DNA of 64,000 bases from Callorhinchus milii (GCF_018977255.1 NW_024704766.1:62001-126000), one strand, 5' to 3'; positions 26,862 through 49,300 are shown, counted from the first letter of the stretch. Made by a program: numbers and translations. Notes: generated by a model not told the origin, from the sequence alone.

Positions 26862-26993
26862 CACCTCCCTCGCCCCACCTCCCTCGCCCCCACCTCCCTC
26901 GCCCCCACCTCCCTCGCCCCCACCTCCCTCGCCCCCACCTCCCTCGCCCCCACCTCCCTCGCCCCCACCTCCCTCGCCCCCACCTCCCTCGCC
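26862..26993. repeat. 15-bp tandem repeat CCCACCTCCCTCGCC inside an L2 3' fragment (about 26780-27142)
   Basis: About 8-9 copies, flanked by L2 CTGGAACTCCAT and TTCAAGTCCTGTCTCAAGAC sequence. Confidence 0.9.
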
Positions 26994-27158
26994 TCTTCAA
27001 GTCCTGTCTCAAGACCGTGTCTTCGTCTCCTATCCTGTCCTCCTGATTCCAACCCCCAGCTCGGGTGCGAACCCCTGAATGTTCAGCCCCTGAGGACATC
27101 CTTCTGACGTGAAAGGCTTTGTATGAATGTAGTTTGTTGTTGAAGAAAATCGCTGCGT

Positions 27159-27542
27159 GGAGTCCTGTAGCTCAGCGGTTAGAGTCCTCGCCTCGCAAGC
27201 GAGAGGACCCGGGTTTCATTCCCAGTCGGGGCGAAAATGTTGGTTAAGTTTCCTTACTCCACACTCGCGCCTCTGTTTACTCAGCAGTAACTAGAAACCT
27301 GGTTGTCAGTCGATTGACGGATCGCTTTCCAGAGGGTAATAATCTCTTCAAAAAAATAATAATTTGGTCACTCGATCCACGGCTGTGTGTGGGGACGCCG
27401 CTGTGCGCAATTGGCTGCTGTGTTTTGCCCACAAAATACAGTCACCTCACTTTACAGTGTATCCTGTGAAGCGCTTTGAGGCGTCTGGAAGACGTGATCG
27501 GGCGCCGCGTCAAACGCCAGAATTATTATTGTTATTATTGTT
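27159..27542 (+). mobile_element. Near full-length tRNA-derived Deu SINE between the ILVBL and FAM118B promoters
   Basis: Head GGAGTCCTGTAGCTCAGCGGTTAGAG, Deu domain at about 27380-27430, (ATT)n tail; TGTTGAAGAAA occurs on both flanks. Confidence 0.85.
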
Positions 27543-27769
27543 GAAGAAACTTTGAAATGTTTGGAGCCGTGAGATTGAAATCAACCCTCACCCCCTCACG
27601 CCCCCCCCCCCCCACCCCCTCACCCCCCCTCCCCCCAACCCTCCCCCCCCTCCCCCCAACCCTCACGCCCCCCCCCACCCCCTCACGCCCCCTCCCCCCA
27701 ACCCTCACCCCCTCACACACTCAACTCCTCAACCCCTCTTGGATGCGGACACAAACACACACGCGGGGT

Positions 27770-28137
27770 TGGGGGGGCGGGGCCTTTGAGGGCGGAGCCT
27801 ATGGGGGCGGGGCCCGTGGGGCTGTAGGGGTGGGACCCGTGGGGTAGGGAATGTGGGGTCGGGGCCTGTGGGGCGGGGCCTGTGGGGCGGGGCCTGCGGG
27901 GGTGTGGGCTGCGGGGGCGGGGCCTGCGGGGGCGGGGCCTGTGGGGGCGGGGCATGTGGGGGCGGGGCCTGTGGGGGCGGGGCCTGTGGGGGTGTGGGCT
28001 GCGGGGGCGGGGCCTGTGGGGGCGGGGCCTGTGGGGTTTTGGGGCAAAGCCTCAGTTTGAGTTTCTCGTTCAGTTGCAGTTTCCGGTTTACCGCCGTCAC
28101 TCCGCCCCTCCCCCCACCCAGAGACACAGGGACACAG
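27770..28137 (+). promoter_or_regulatory. Putative FAM118B promoter and non-coding exon 1 with tandem GC-box array
   Basis: More than ten GGGGCGGGG boxes in a roughly 15-bp repeat (27770-28035), ETS-like TTTCCGG at about 28080, candidate donor CAG/GTAGTG at 28138. A possible second UTR exon lies at 28757-28846. Confidence 0.6.
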
Positions 28138-28142
28138 GTAGT

Positions 28143-28715
28143 GACACACACCCTCACACACACACAGACCCTCACACACACAGACCCTCACACACACACA
28201 GACCCTCACACACACACACACACACACAGACCCTCACACACACAGACCCTCACACACACACACCCTCACACAGACCCTCACACACACACACACACACAGA
28301 CCCTCACACACACACACACCCTCACACAGACCCTCACACACACACACACACACACACAGACCCTCACACAGACCCTCACACACACACCCTCCCACAGACC
28401 CTCACACACACAGACCCTCACACAGACCCTCACACACACACAGACCCTCACACAGACCCTCACACACACACACAGACCCTCACACACAGACCCTCACACA
28501 GACACTCACACACACACCCACACACAGACCCTCCCCACCCTCACACACACCCTCCCCACCCTCACACACACCCTCACGCAGACCCTCACACACACAGACC
28601 CTCACACACACCCTCACGCAGACCCTCACACACACAGACCCTCACACACAGACCCTCCTCACCCTCACACACACCCTCACGCAGACCCTGCCCCCACCCG
28701 CCACACACACATCGT
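28143..28715. repeat. (CA)-rich minisatellite CAGACCCTCACACA
   Basis: Directly visible. Confidence 0.95.
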
Positions 28716-30388
28716 GACACAGACTCTCCCCCACCCAAAGCCACTCTCTGTTTCAGTGAGTGTCCTCCCCTCTGGCTCCGGGAGCTGACAGTCATTGTGT
28801 GCGCTGGGCTCGTCCTCTTGTTGCTGGACGTCAGAGAAGGAATGAGGTTGGAGTAAAACCGAGTGAAGCGATGGATAAAACGTTTCTTCCAAACGTTGTA
28901 AACTTTGCTGTCCTCCAGGTTTGAATCTCGATTCTGTTCTGAGATTCTGTGCTGTTCAGCACCTTGGGACTTCCTCCCAATGTGAAAAGCGCTGTTTAAG
29001 TGTAAGGATTATTATTATTTTTTATATTACAAATGTAAGTGTTGTTGAGGTAGCTGATCTTAGCTGGGCTCGTTCAAGGAGGATAAAAAAATCTGCAAAG
29101 GGACTGGAGGTACGTGTGTGTGGATAGGTTTGCTGAGTTGCTCCTGCGCTCAAATAACCTGCTAACACACTGTCAAGCTTCATATGTGATGAATCTCTCT
29201 TGGGGTGAGATGCTGGAGCAAGATGTTGGACTGCGGTCATTAGAAGGACATTCGTGAGAAAAATATTCAAAAACTGAAGTTGTCGGCTTTTACGTCATTT
29301 TTCTGCCTTTTGGTCAGTGTTTGGTTTGAGTGTTCAGTGACTCGATTTAATTCTTTGATTCAAATGTATGACTGAAACATTGTGTGAAGCTAATATCGAT
29401 CACTTGTCTCCATTCAGAACTCTGCAACCTGTGTCCTCTCCCAGACCTCGCTCTGTGAGCCTAAGACTCCCGGCTTCCCATCCCCCAGTAGATTGAATTC
29501 AAGATCCACAATTTCACTTTCAAATGTGTCCATCACCCCATCTTATCTCTGATCTCTTGCAACCATTCTGCCTGATCACTCCCACTGCTCAGCAGACAAC
29601 AATTTGTTTAAATAGCACCCTTCATGTGATAACATCACCCGAGTACTGAAAAAGCACCAGCCTATTTAATGCACCATCCAATTCTCCCCACTGGTGGGAG
29701 AGGAGCTTCCATCCATTCTGCTTCTGCTCTGGATCCTACCCCGTAGTCTCTGCATTTCCCTTACCCTCCTTATCTTCAAAATATGCCTGAGGTCCTATCT
29801 CTTCAATCACACTTTTGGCCACCTTCTCCCCCTTACCTCCTGCTTAGGCTGCCAGTTAAAGAACTTCAGGTCGTCTTCCCAGCATGAAAGGCACAATATA
29901 AATTAATTGTAAAATTGTAATTGTGTCTGGATCTGGAGTCCAACAGTAATCGTCTGAAAAAGTGCTTCTGCACTCCTACTGACCATAGAACAGTACATTT
30001 CTGCCCTGTTTCTTGTCTAGAAGTGAAGTGACATTTGCTAACAGCAGTTGAACGATGTGAACCACGAGGCCTGATTCACGTTTTTGTGCTTTTAGACTCA
30101 TTGACATTGCGTGAAACTTCAAATACCAGTTGCTAGTTTTTAATGTAATGGCGAACTGACAGTTGCTGGAACAACGTGATGTGGTTTCTTTAGAGTTTCT
30201 GGGAATTCTCAAGGCTGTATTATATTGACTGGAATTTCATTCTATTCTCACTGCCTGTGTTGCTTTCAAGTGCAGTGACTGTTTATTGTCAGAAAATATG
30301 AGTCAAGTTTTTCAAATGAAGTTAGAATAGTGAGTCCTTATTTTTAGATGTCACTTACCTTGAGATTTCTTTGTGTCTTAGATACTGG

Positions 30389-38682
<8,294 letters not shown>

Positions 38683-39332
38683 GTATTTATGTGCTCTTCA
38701 CCATGAGAATACTGCAACGGAGGCCCATTCTGGGAGTTACCAAAGTGACCAAAGCTCATTATCAGAGCTGGTGGAACGGAAGCATATGGTGACAATAGAG
38801 TTTGTATTCACTTCATTACAGCTGTACTCAAACACTCCAGCTTCTTCAGGCATCTATAAAGCAAACATACTCAACTTCAAAACCAGTTTTGTTCTTCTGC
38901 ACATTAAGATGGATTTGATAGACTGGAGCATCAACAAAGATTTGCAAGGCCTAATGGTTCTTGCTGTTATTGCAGTTAGTTTGGTGTAGTAATTTTATAC
39001 TTTAAATGACATTGACTTGTGTACAAAGTATTTTTATCATTAAACACTTAATGATATTGCTGTGATGTAGATAATCTATTACAGCACAACCTCAGTAGAA
39101 ACTTCAGAACATCGGTGATATTTGTTGGAATACCAGTGGGTGGAGGGGGGGGCAGGTCACACCTGCAATTTCTCCATGCGGTACCTTTGTGATCAATGGT
39201 GATGTAAGAACTTATTGCTAAGGTATAGTAAGGTTTTTGTATACAAATACAGCAGCCATTATTCAGGATTTCACAAATAGCTATGAGATGAATGATTGAA
39301 TAATCAAGATTGTTGGCCAAAAAATCCTTTCT

Positions 39333-39358
39333 CACACACACACACACACACACACACA
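39333..39358. repeat. (CA)n microsatellite in the probable FAM118B 3' UTR
   Basis: About 13 CA units. Confidence 0.9.
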
Positions 39359-40028
39359 GGATTAAATGTGATATCACCTTCTCCTGCAGGACATAGGTTC
39401 CAAATTCAGATTAGAATAATTGGCTGCTAGTGAGTTGCAAAGTGTCCTAACAACAATTACATCCATGGCATTCCTTTTCTCACTACTTGTTTGTAAAGAG
39501 GTCTTTAATGTGGTACTTTCTCATATGTCTTTTCAAAGTCATGGTGGACATCGATTAGGTAGTCACTGCAGAAACAATTTTTTTTTATATTAGGCAGTGT
39601 TGCAGGTTTCCAGGATCATAATACTTAATACATTAATTGATAAGATAGCACTGCATCAGGCAAATGGATAGTCAAGTAAGCTGAAGAATGAGATAGTCAT
39701 GATATCTCCTTTCCCTGTTATCTGAGCTTCCACCCAGATTTAAATGTTTTCAAATATCGCAAATCTCTCTGCCTTCGACTCACAGGAAATAGGCTGATTC
39801 TGCATCACATACAGGTCAAAACTCACTTAAAGGCACACACTATGTTGGTGCATAGAAATGAATCAGATACTGAATTATTTTCTAATACGAACAGAAAATT
39901 GCTCTTGTAAATTGAATAGAATCAAGAACCTTTCAAATAATCCATGTACTCACCTTGCAATGACATATCCACCAACAAAATAAACACCTTTAAGCCTCAT
40001 GAAGGCCATGGCTGACAATTATAGCAGC

Positions 40029-40041
40029 TTTATTTAATAAA
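40029..40041. terminator. Back-to-back polyadenylation signals TTTATT-T-AATAAA
   Basis: AATAAA on minus (40029-40034, 343 nt past the SRPRA stop) and on plus (40036-40041, downstream of the FAM118B stop). Confidence 0.6.
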
Positions 40042-40377
40042 TTCTCTTTACAATTTCTCTGTAATTCCTAGGCAGCCAGTACTGATATTTATTGCACTAC
40101 TTAGAATTAACAATGTTGGTAAAAAAAAGCACTGAATTTATTTTTGTCCATCAGTTATGCAGTACACTTCCCTGTGTTTTTATTTAAAAAGCATAATCAG
40201 AGTATCTGCAGAGAACTGAAGGAGGTAATATGCTGAAAATGTTAGTGATAGACAAATGCCACAAAGCACATTCAACATTGATCCTTCAATATGTAGGGAA
40301 ATTCAGCAAGGGCTGTTGTGGGGAGCAGAAGGTTGCTGACTGTTGGTTGTATTAAGACAATAGTGAGAAGCAGGTGT

Positions 40378-43300
40378 TTAAGCCTTGATCAGAGCGCTCA
40401 CGATGGCCTTGGCATTGAGGCTTCGCAAGTCGTTGTATGTCTGTCCAGTTCCAACAAAGACTATTGGCTGGCCAGTAATGTAGGTCATAGAGATAGCAGC
40501 ACCAACCTAAAAGTAAGAAAAATTGAAGTATCACTGAGATCCTATTGTGCAAATGGGTTTGCTCCATACCACATTACCTTCAGTCACGAGCCAATGTTCA
40601 TGAGCACTACTGTTTTACAGGAAAAATTGTGAATTTTGAGACAAGGAACAAAAATCTAAATTACCAATTGTTTTAAGTTTGGGGACCATTGTTGGTTTAA
40701 TTGATCCCAATTTAACATCTCAAGATGCCTACATCAAGTTGGTAGGTTTGGGAGAGCACTAAAGGTTATGAAATAATGTTGGAAAGTTTTCTGGTTTGCA
40801 GCCTTGGTGCAGTGTATTATGAGGCAAAAACACTTGTCTATGGGAAAGGACAATTTAACAAAGCACCAAGTGGACCAGTCCACGTACTGCATCTGTTTAT
40901 TCATATAACTATCGTTGCAGTTGATACAGCACCATATCACATTTAACAACTTATCCGAAGGACAGCACTTTGAACAATACAGTACTCCCCAGCATTGCAT
41001 TGGAGTGTCAAACTAGACTTTCAAAATGTTGAAATGGGGCTGGAACCCACACTACTAACTCAGAGCATGCTACCAACTGAGTCAGTGACACCTTATTAAA
41101 TATATTACCCTACATTCATTTGATATAATGTATTCGCAGTTTGTAACTGTGATTAACACTAGACATGTACTGAATGTACGCAGTTATACACTTATCTGTT
41201 ATACACCAGGTCTAATGTTTCCATTAATTTTTGCTTCCTCTTAAGATTCACAAATATTTCACCACACCCAGAAATGTAAATTCTTAAGACATTAACTTTC
41301 CTATGTTACACAATTCATTTTGTCTACTTTGGTTTTCCCTTCTTACCTTATCATCAATTGTATCAAATTTAGTCAGTACAATGCCATCAATCAGCTGTGG
41401 TTTCTCAATCATAGAGTGATCAGCCAAAGCCTGGTTAAACTTCACCTTAGAGGAAGACAGAGAGTTAGTATTTACAAACATGGGAGAATTAGCAGCCAGT
41501 CTGAAAACACAAAGCCAGTATTTTATCTAATAATGCAGGAAAAATAAGCATCAGAACCTACAAATATCAACAGGTATGTCAGGCTGGCTCAGTAAGAAGC
41601 TCTCTTTCTTGTGAATCAAGTAGAGGTTGCAATCCAAGTGAACTTTCTATCCAAACCACCACATTAAGCTCTACACCATATGCCCTCAATTTCTCCAACA
41701 GCGTTTGGCATCAAATTCTCACAATCATGTATATACATAGTTCATACAACAACTTCCATTTATATCGCGCTCTTGACAGAGGTTAGTATCTCGGAGCAAT
41801 ACAGTATGAAAACAGGCCATTTGGCTCAAATAGTGATTCAATTGAATATAGTAGAGTCTAATACTTACCAACTGATCCACGGCCTCATTTCCCACCAGGG
41901 CCTCACCAACAAACAGAACCAGATCTGGCATGTTGATGGCAATGAGCTTGGCAAGCGCAGTCATCAAAGGGGTGTTGTCCTGCATTCGGCCTGCGGTGTC
42001 CACCAACACCACATCAAATTCATGGTTTCGAGCTACAGAGAAATGTACCACTTCAGTAAAGACTACAATAGTTATTGAAAAGATTAAACTGAAAGGCTCA
42101 CACACAATTCATTTCTCAGGAAAGACACCTCAATAGACCATGTCTTGCTTCAACAAACTACAACTTGGTGTTTTCCTCCTAATAACCTCTCTGCCCCACC
42201 CCCCACCTCGTAAACTAGCATTCACATTCAATCCAGTTGGATGAAGTTCATCTCCACACACATCACCCAAAATCAAGATTCACAGTAACCGTAGCTATTT
42301 AAATAGGCTCTTTATTCAATATATTTTCAGTTTCTTTTTGTATTTGTGTACTAAGTGTTCTGCTCATGGTCTCACTAAGTATTGTGTAAAAATACTTACA
42401 CTTTTTTAAAAAGTATTTATTAAGTATTGTATAAGGATTGGAATGAAAATGTTATTACAACAAATTAAAAAATAATTTACCAAATGCAATGGCCTCCATA
42501 GCAATTCCAGCAGCGTCCTTCCCATAGCCTCTTTCAAAAAGCTGCACCATGGGCTGTCCATTGTTCTTCTCTGGTGGATGCAACGAGTTCAGGCGATGAG
42601 CATGAGTGCGGAGCTGTTCTACAGCTCCAGCTCGGAAAGTGTCGCATGCAGCAATTAGCACCCGAAATCCATTCTCCATCAGCCAAAAAGAGATCTCCAG
42701 AAAATAAAGAACAGTTTACTTTATTCAAGATGGACTGAACATTTGATCATGTCAATAGAGAAATACAATCTGTGGAAGTCAATCCAGCCTTGAATAAACA
42801 AAACAACAACAAATTACATTTATAGAGCGCCTTTCGCGTTGGGAGGACGTCCCAAGGTGCTGGACAGTCAGGGGTCAGGACCCAAGCATGGGATTGGGTA
42901 GGGGTGAGGGAAGGCAGAGAGGTGGGAGGGCGACTGAAAGCACGATCGAAGAGGAGAGTCTTGAGACCGGCCTTGAAGGAGGCAAGGGAGAAAGCAAGGC
43001 ACAGGGACTGTGGAATGGAGTTCCAGAGTGTGGGGACAGAGAGGCTGAAAACCAAGCCACCGATGGTAGGTCAGGTCAGGTGGGAGACACGGAGCAGGCC
43101 AGAGCCTGCTGAACGGAGAGAGCGGACATGTTGGTAGGGAGTCAGTGGGTCAGAGAGGTAGGAGGGGGCGAGGCCAGGGATGGCCTTGAAAGTGAGGACG
43201 AGGATGTTGAATTCGATTCTCTGGGGGATGGGGAGCCAGTGGAGTTGGGAGAAGGTGGGAGTGATGGGGTCACGGAGCCTGGTGCGCGAGACTACATGAG

Positions 43301-46300
43301 CTGCAGTTTTGGATGATCTACATGTGGAAATTTACCCCATGATGTCACTAAGGGGGAGCATGTAGAGGGTGAAGAGGAGGGGACTGAGGACAGAGCCCTG
43401 AGGAATGCCGCACAAGATGGTGCGGGGGCTGGAGGAGAAACTGTTTGCTGAGACGAAGTGGAGGCGATGTGAAAGGTAGGACCTGAACCAGTCAGGGACA
43501 GAACCTTGGAGGGTGCGTTGGAGGAGAGGCAGTAGAGGATTGAATGGTTCAGTGTCAAAAACGCAGAGAGGTCGAGGAGGACGAGGAGGCAGAGGAAGCC
43601 CTGGCCACATATGGTCAGGATGTCATTTGTGACCTTGACCAGAGCAGTTTCACCCGATTGGAGGGGCTCATGGAGGGGCTCATGGAGGGAGTGGGAGGAG
43701 AGGAAAGAGCGAAGAACAGATTAAGCATAGCTAGATACCAAATCTAGGGTTGGAGAGGGTTGGGAGCTCCTGAAATATCCTGTGAGCTCAGTGTTACCCA
43801 TACCGCAGTCAGCACTAAAGAACGCATTCGCATATTGTGAAAATGAATTAGGCATCAGAATCAAAAGCACCTGCAACCACTTCAATGCAAAATGCAAGCT
43901 TCCTCATAAATTAAGATAGTTTTCTACTTCACATCAATCTGTGCTAAATTTACAGACTCAATCAGTTCAGCTGATATGTACCAGCTCTGCAATAATAACT
44001 CAGATTTGATCATCTCTAGGGCAAGGCAAGCACTCAATGTCAGAATGGTGAAAAGTGGGCTCTATGTGACAATCAGAAATAAATATACAGCCGATCAGGA
44101 AGCCTTGAACAAATCTTTATGCAAATGACAGTCGTAGCAGGGATGCTATTCCTGGAAATGAAGACAATTGCAGAGCATTTGAAAGATGTAATCAATCGAC
44201 TAGAAGCAAAATGCAGAAGAGCTATTAAATTAGGACTGTACATGAGTTACAGATAACTACCAGCTTGGCAATACACTTTAGTAGCGTTGATTTAACATGT
44301 TAGTATTGATGATGTACATCATCTCTACTATATGGATTTCTCACCCACCTTGGCAAGGTTAGTAGATTTCCCAACTCCATTTACGCCGCAGAAGGTAATG
44401 ATAAAGGGCCGTCTCTGTTTTTGGGCTTCAATGACATCACGCAGAATATCCACACGCCTCTTTGGCTGAAGGATCTGTACGAGGGAATCCTGCAAGGCTT
44501 GCTTCACTGTGGAGGTTACCGCTGCAATTAAAATGATCAATTAGCAAACTACTCATATGAACATCATTAAAGACGGTCAACTTTTCCCCTCCTCTTCATT
44601 CTTCGCCCCTTCTCTTGAGAAAAGTGACTCAATTACAGTAAACCATTACAAGGTCCCAAAGTGGCTGTTTCTGGGTAAATTTAGGTAGCACGTGTTAGCA
44701 GGCTATTCAACTCTGATGGGTACCACATCAGAATCAAACACCCTCAACCAGTCTTCATGCAGAGGCCAACAGATAGGAACTTTGGCTGTTTTGGGAGTAA
44801 CCAGTCACCATAACTGATTGACCTTTCAGGTGCCAGCCTGGCTCACTTGGTAGAACTTCTTGCCTCGGAGACAGAGGGTTGTGGGTTCAAACCCCATGTT
44901 GGGAGCTTCAGCTCAGTCTAGGCCGACTCACGAATGCAGTGCTGGGGCTATGCTGCATTGTCAGAGCTGCTGTCCTTAAGATAAAACATTAAACCGAGGC
45001 CCACTCTGCCTGTTCAGTTGGATATTAAAATCCCATGGCGCTGCTCAAAAAGGGAAAGGAGTTTCTCCCAGTGTTCTGGACAGCCAGCATCCAAATAAAT
45101 TGATCATTCATTTCATAGCTATTTATGCGACAATGCTGTGCAAAAATTGGCTGCCACATTTGCCTACGAATAGTTATCATTGCCATACCATTACAATTAC
45201 CATATCAATACATCCAGTAAAAATGTACACTGGCCTTCCCACCCAACCACAGTTGCTAAATTATCCTGACAATTTGCCACACTATCACAAACTCAGAGAG
45301 TCTGGACCAAGCTACAAACCGACTTACTGCTGAAAGTTCCCATGACTTTTCCCTCCAGCTTTTTGGCCACCGATTCACAAAGTTGGACTGCGATGTCAGC
45401 TGCAACATTTTTAGCTTTGTGGGAGGGAGGAAAAAAAAACTTAACTTTTAGGCAAATTATCTAATAAATGTCTAATATATTTGCATTGTAATATACAGCA
45501 ACAACTTGCACTGATATAGCGCCTTCCACACAGGGTAGCGTCTCAGAGCGTTTAAATATAGACAAACAGGACTTTTTTTTTGTTGACACATGCAGAAACC
45601 ATCACCATGCTTAAGAGTATCCAAACCAAACTGCAATTTCCATGCATCCCACCTATACATGAAAATTCCAGAGATATTCGTTGGAATGGAATGTGCACTC
45701 TCTTTCCGGAGGAACGCATCCTGCTTACCTAATTCCGGAAAGTATTACATGCAGGTTGGCCAAGGCTTGGGGACCCCTGCGTTGGGGTGACTGCAGCATC
45801 TAATCAGCTAAAACCGCATAGCTTGCCATTGAAAGCACTGTCTGGCAAGGTTACTGCTGCTTGTCCAGCTAGGACAATCCTAACATTTAGGGCTTTGACT
45901 TCCAGGGTTAATGGGAACTAAGTGTAAAGAATCCCTGCTCCTAGTGATTAGTTTTGCCTTCCAAGTCCTGCCGATGAGCCAACCTGCTCTAGAGTACTGT
46001 GGATCTGCCTGGCTCAGGAACTTGATTTCCAAGACCGCCAGAGGGTTGTCTCGATTCCAATATTCGGTTGCCAGGCATGTTACCTTGATCCAGTTCAGCT
46101 CCAGGGAGACCCTGCATACCTCTCCCCTATGCCCTAAGGAGGATAGCACTAGTTGGGTCATCCAACAAGCAAGGGTTTGAGAACCTCACTATGTTACTTA
46201 CCAGGAACTCCCAGCAAGCTACATGGTGGGCAACACAACAACTTCCACCCTAGTGCCCTCCACGTAGGGTAGCGCCTCAGAGTGCTTAAACGTGGTGGAG

Positions 46301-49300
46301 TCTTGGGGGGAGGGGTGACCATAAGCACGTTCAAAAAGGAAGATCAATATGAAATGTGTAACAGCATTACCATGATCTTCCTCTTGCACCTCGGACACAC
46401 ATCCCTGCCCACTGAGTGATGGTTCTACCAGTTGGAGGTACTGAGCTTAAGCAGCAGCTGCTTACCTCCCTGCAAGCCAATCAAGGTGGATTCCAGATGG
46501 TGGATGTACGAATGTGTTCACAAAGGATATCTTATAACATTACAAAGAACAACTCTAGACCTACCAATTAGGTGATCTTTCATCTTTTCAAGCACAGGTT
46601 CCATGTCCTGAGGAGTAAGGCTTTTAGATCCAACCAAGCCCTTCAGCATTCCTAGCATCCCTCCAAAGCCAGCTCTCTTCTCACTGCATGCAAAAGGTTT
46701 ATAGATCAGTGCATTTCAAAATTCATGTCACAGTTTTGATTTCCATTCAAGTTGAAGGAGGATTGTTATGAAGATGTACCTGGTCTTTGAAACTTCTTGG
46801 ATAACACTGTGCTCTTCCTCCTCCTGCTCCTCAGAATCACTGCTATCATGATCCACATCTTTCAGATTTCCTTTCATTGACTCAAGATGCTTGCTCTGAA
46901 ATGCATAAACATTGCAATATTCATATTAATTTTTAAAAAATAAATATACCTTCAAATTAGAACAATAATCCTTACATTTCATGCATAACACCTTTCTTGT
47001 CGGAAGTCTTAAAGTGCTTCATAGAATTTACTGTAAAATGCTTTGCGAACACAAAATCAAAATTCCGCATTTCATCCACAAAATGTAGTCAATTCATTGG
47101 TGGCAGCCAACGGTGCACAGCAGTGTCCCACAAAGTTGTGGATTGAGTGACCAAATTATTATTATCATAGGAAGATCGTGGTAATGCTGTCACACATTTC
47201 ATGTTGGTCCTCCTTTTTGAACGTGCTTATGGTCACCCCTCCCCAGATTCCACCACATTTAAGCACTCTGAGGCACTACCCTGCGTGGAGGGCACTAAGT
47301 GTTGCCCACCATGTAGCTTGCAGAGAGTTCATGGTAAGTTATATAGTGAGGGCTCAAACCCTTGCTTGTTGGATGACCCAACTAGTGCTATCCTCCTTAG
47401 GGCATAGGGGAGAGGTATGCGGGGTCTCCCTGGAGCTGAACTGGATCAAGGTAACATGCCTGGCAACCGAATATTGGAATCGAGACAACCCTCTGTGGCG
47501 GTCTCGGAAATCAAGTTCCTGAGCCAGGCAGATCCACAGTACTCTAGAGCAGGTTGGCTCATCGGCAGGACTTGGAAAAGGATTATTAAAAAAGATTATT
47601 ACCCCTGGAAAAGTGATCCAACAATCAACTAATAACCATTTCCTACTTACTGCTAGGTAAGCAGAGGTGCGTGGAGTAAAGAAATTTGCTCAAGGTTTCG
47701 CCCTGTCCGAAAATTGAACCCAGGTCCTCTCGTTTGCAAGGCCAGTGCTCTTAACCAAAATGCTACCGGACAAAATGAATTTATTTGCTAGGGTACCAGG
47801 AAAATCTCCTTTGAACCCACAAAGGAGAAGAAGCAAGTGTGCACACCAATAAAGCCAGCCTAACACGTTAGTAGTTACTTGACAGTTATCATAAGAGAGA
47901 ACGCTGGGTTATGTTTCTTTTCATAAGCCTAGATATCTGACTGGTATCTTAGATGAAAAATGATCTTAGTACAGACCAAGGATCATACACTTGACCTTCC
48001 ATACACTCCATCCATTGTATTTATCAACAAGCATCATAGGAGCCTGGAGATACAACACTTCATTCAGGTAAATTTCTATAATTCTCACGAACTGAAACGC
48101 ATGCAATACTTTCACTGCCACTGTCATAAAGATATAGCAGACCTACTCACCCTCACCACCTTTAAAAAACATTCACAAAGGAAGAAAACACACATTCTTG
48201 AATACTCATTCAAAATCACCTGCAGAATGGGCATGACTGTGACTTATAGAGTATGGGAATTTGAAATAGGTTTGAGTATATGGAGAATGAAGCACATTAT
48301 TTCTGTGCTCAAAAAAAGGTAATACTTGGCACTCAACAAAATCATTTTTTATTGATAAGTCTCTTTCTTTCTTAATCTGCAAAACAATCTTTAGTTCCTC
48401 TCCAAAATAAAACCAGAGTTAAAGAGAATACATCGAAGAGGTCAACATGGAGCATTTTTATATTTTCATTTATGAGGCTGAGCAAAGCTCATTAATTGAA
48501 ATAGGAGCTCCTTGAGGAAATCTCTATTTATGGAATGAATCAACTGAATAATAACAATTAAATAGTACCATGTTACTGCTGCTGTTGTCCCCACTATTAC
48601 TGACAGTAGATTGACCATTGACCAATGAGGGGCTGTAGTCCAGTCCTTTGGCACTGGCTTTTTGATCCAGAGACCATTTACGGTCCTGTTTTGGTTTCCT
48701 TGGTTTTGGGGATTTGCTGCTGAAATTTAAAAGAACAAAGGTTACTGCAGAACCACCTTATTACAGCCCAACATTCACGACCCCTATACACTACTCTCCC
48801 TCCACTCAATCATTATTCAATTTCAGAGAATGCTGATGATTTATACAGCTGTGCAGTTATCTCACTTACTAAATATGGCTATTAGAAAATCTAGCTGCCA
48901 AATGTAAAATGGTTATTTAGTGTCTCGTCTCAAGCACATCTAATTGTCATTATACCCATTACTTTTCTAGCAAACCTGTTGCATAGCACTGAGGAGTAGG
49001 ATCCTTGGAATTCTGGGAGCACTCATCAGACGATATAGAAAGGCTGCCTCTATGACTTCTGAGGGCACAGATCCAGTTATAACAGTTCTGTCTACTGAAA
49101 TTATTTATTCTGAAAGTTAAAAAAACGTTGAAGGCTATTTGGTAAGTGCCTGATTTGTTACTCTCAGATAAGAAATACGGAGGCTTTTCATCTCCTCTCA
49201 CCTAGTTTCTTTTTTCTCCTTTCTTTTCAATTTTTTGGACAATTCCTCCCGGTTTCTCAAAATGATTTCATCCTGAGTCAATCCATTCTGGTTGGCATCC

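Noticed and set aside
27713-28856. Pro/His/Thr-rich ORFs up to 324 aa
   Set aside because: Products of the GC-box and CA-rich repeats.
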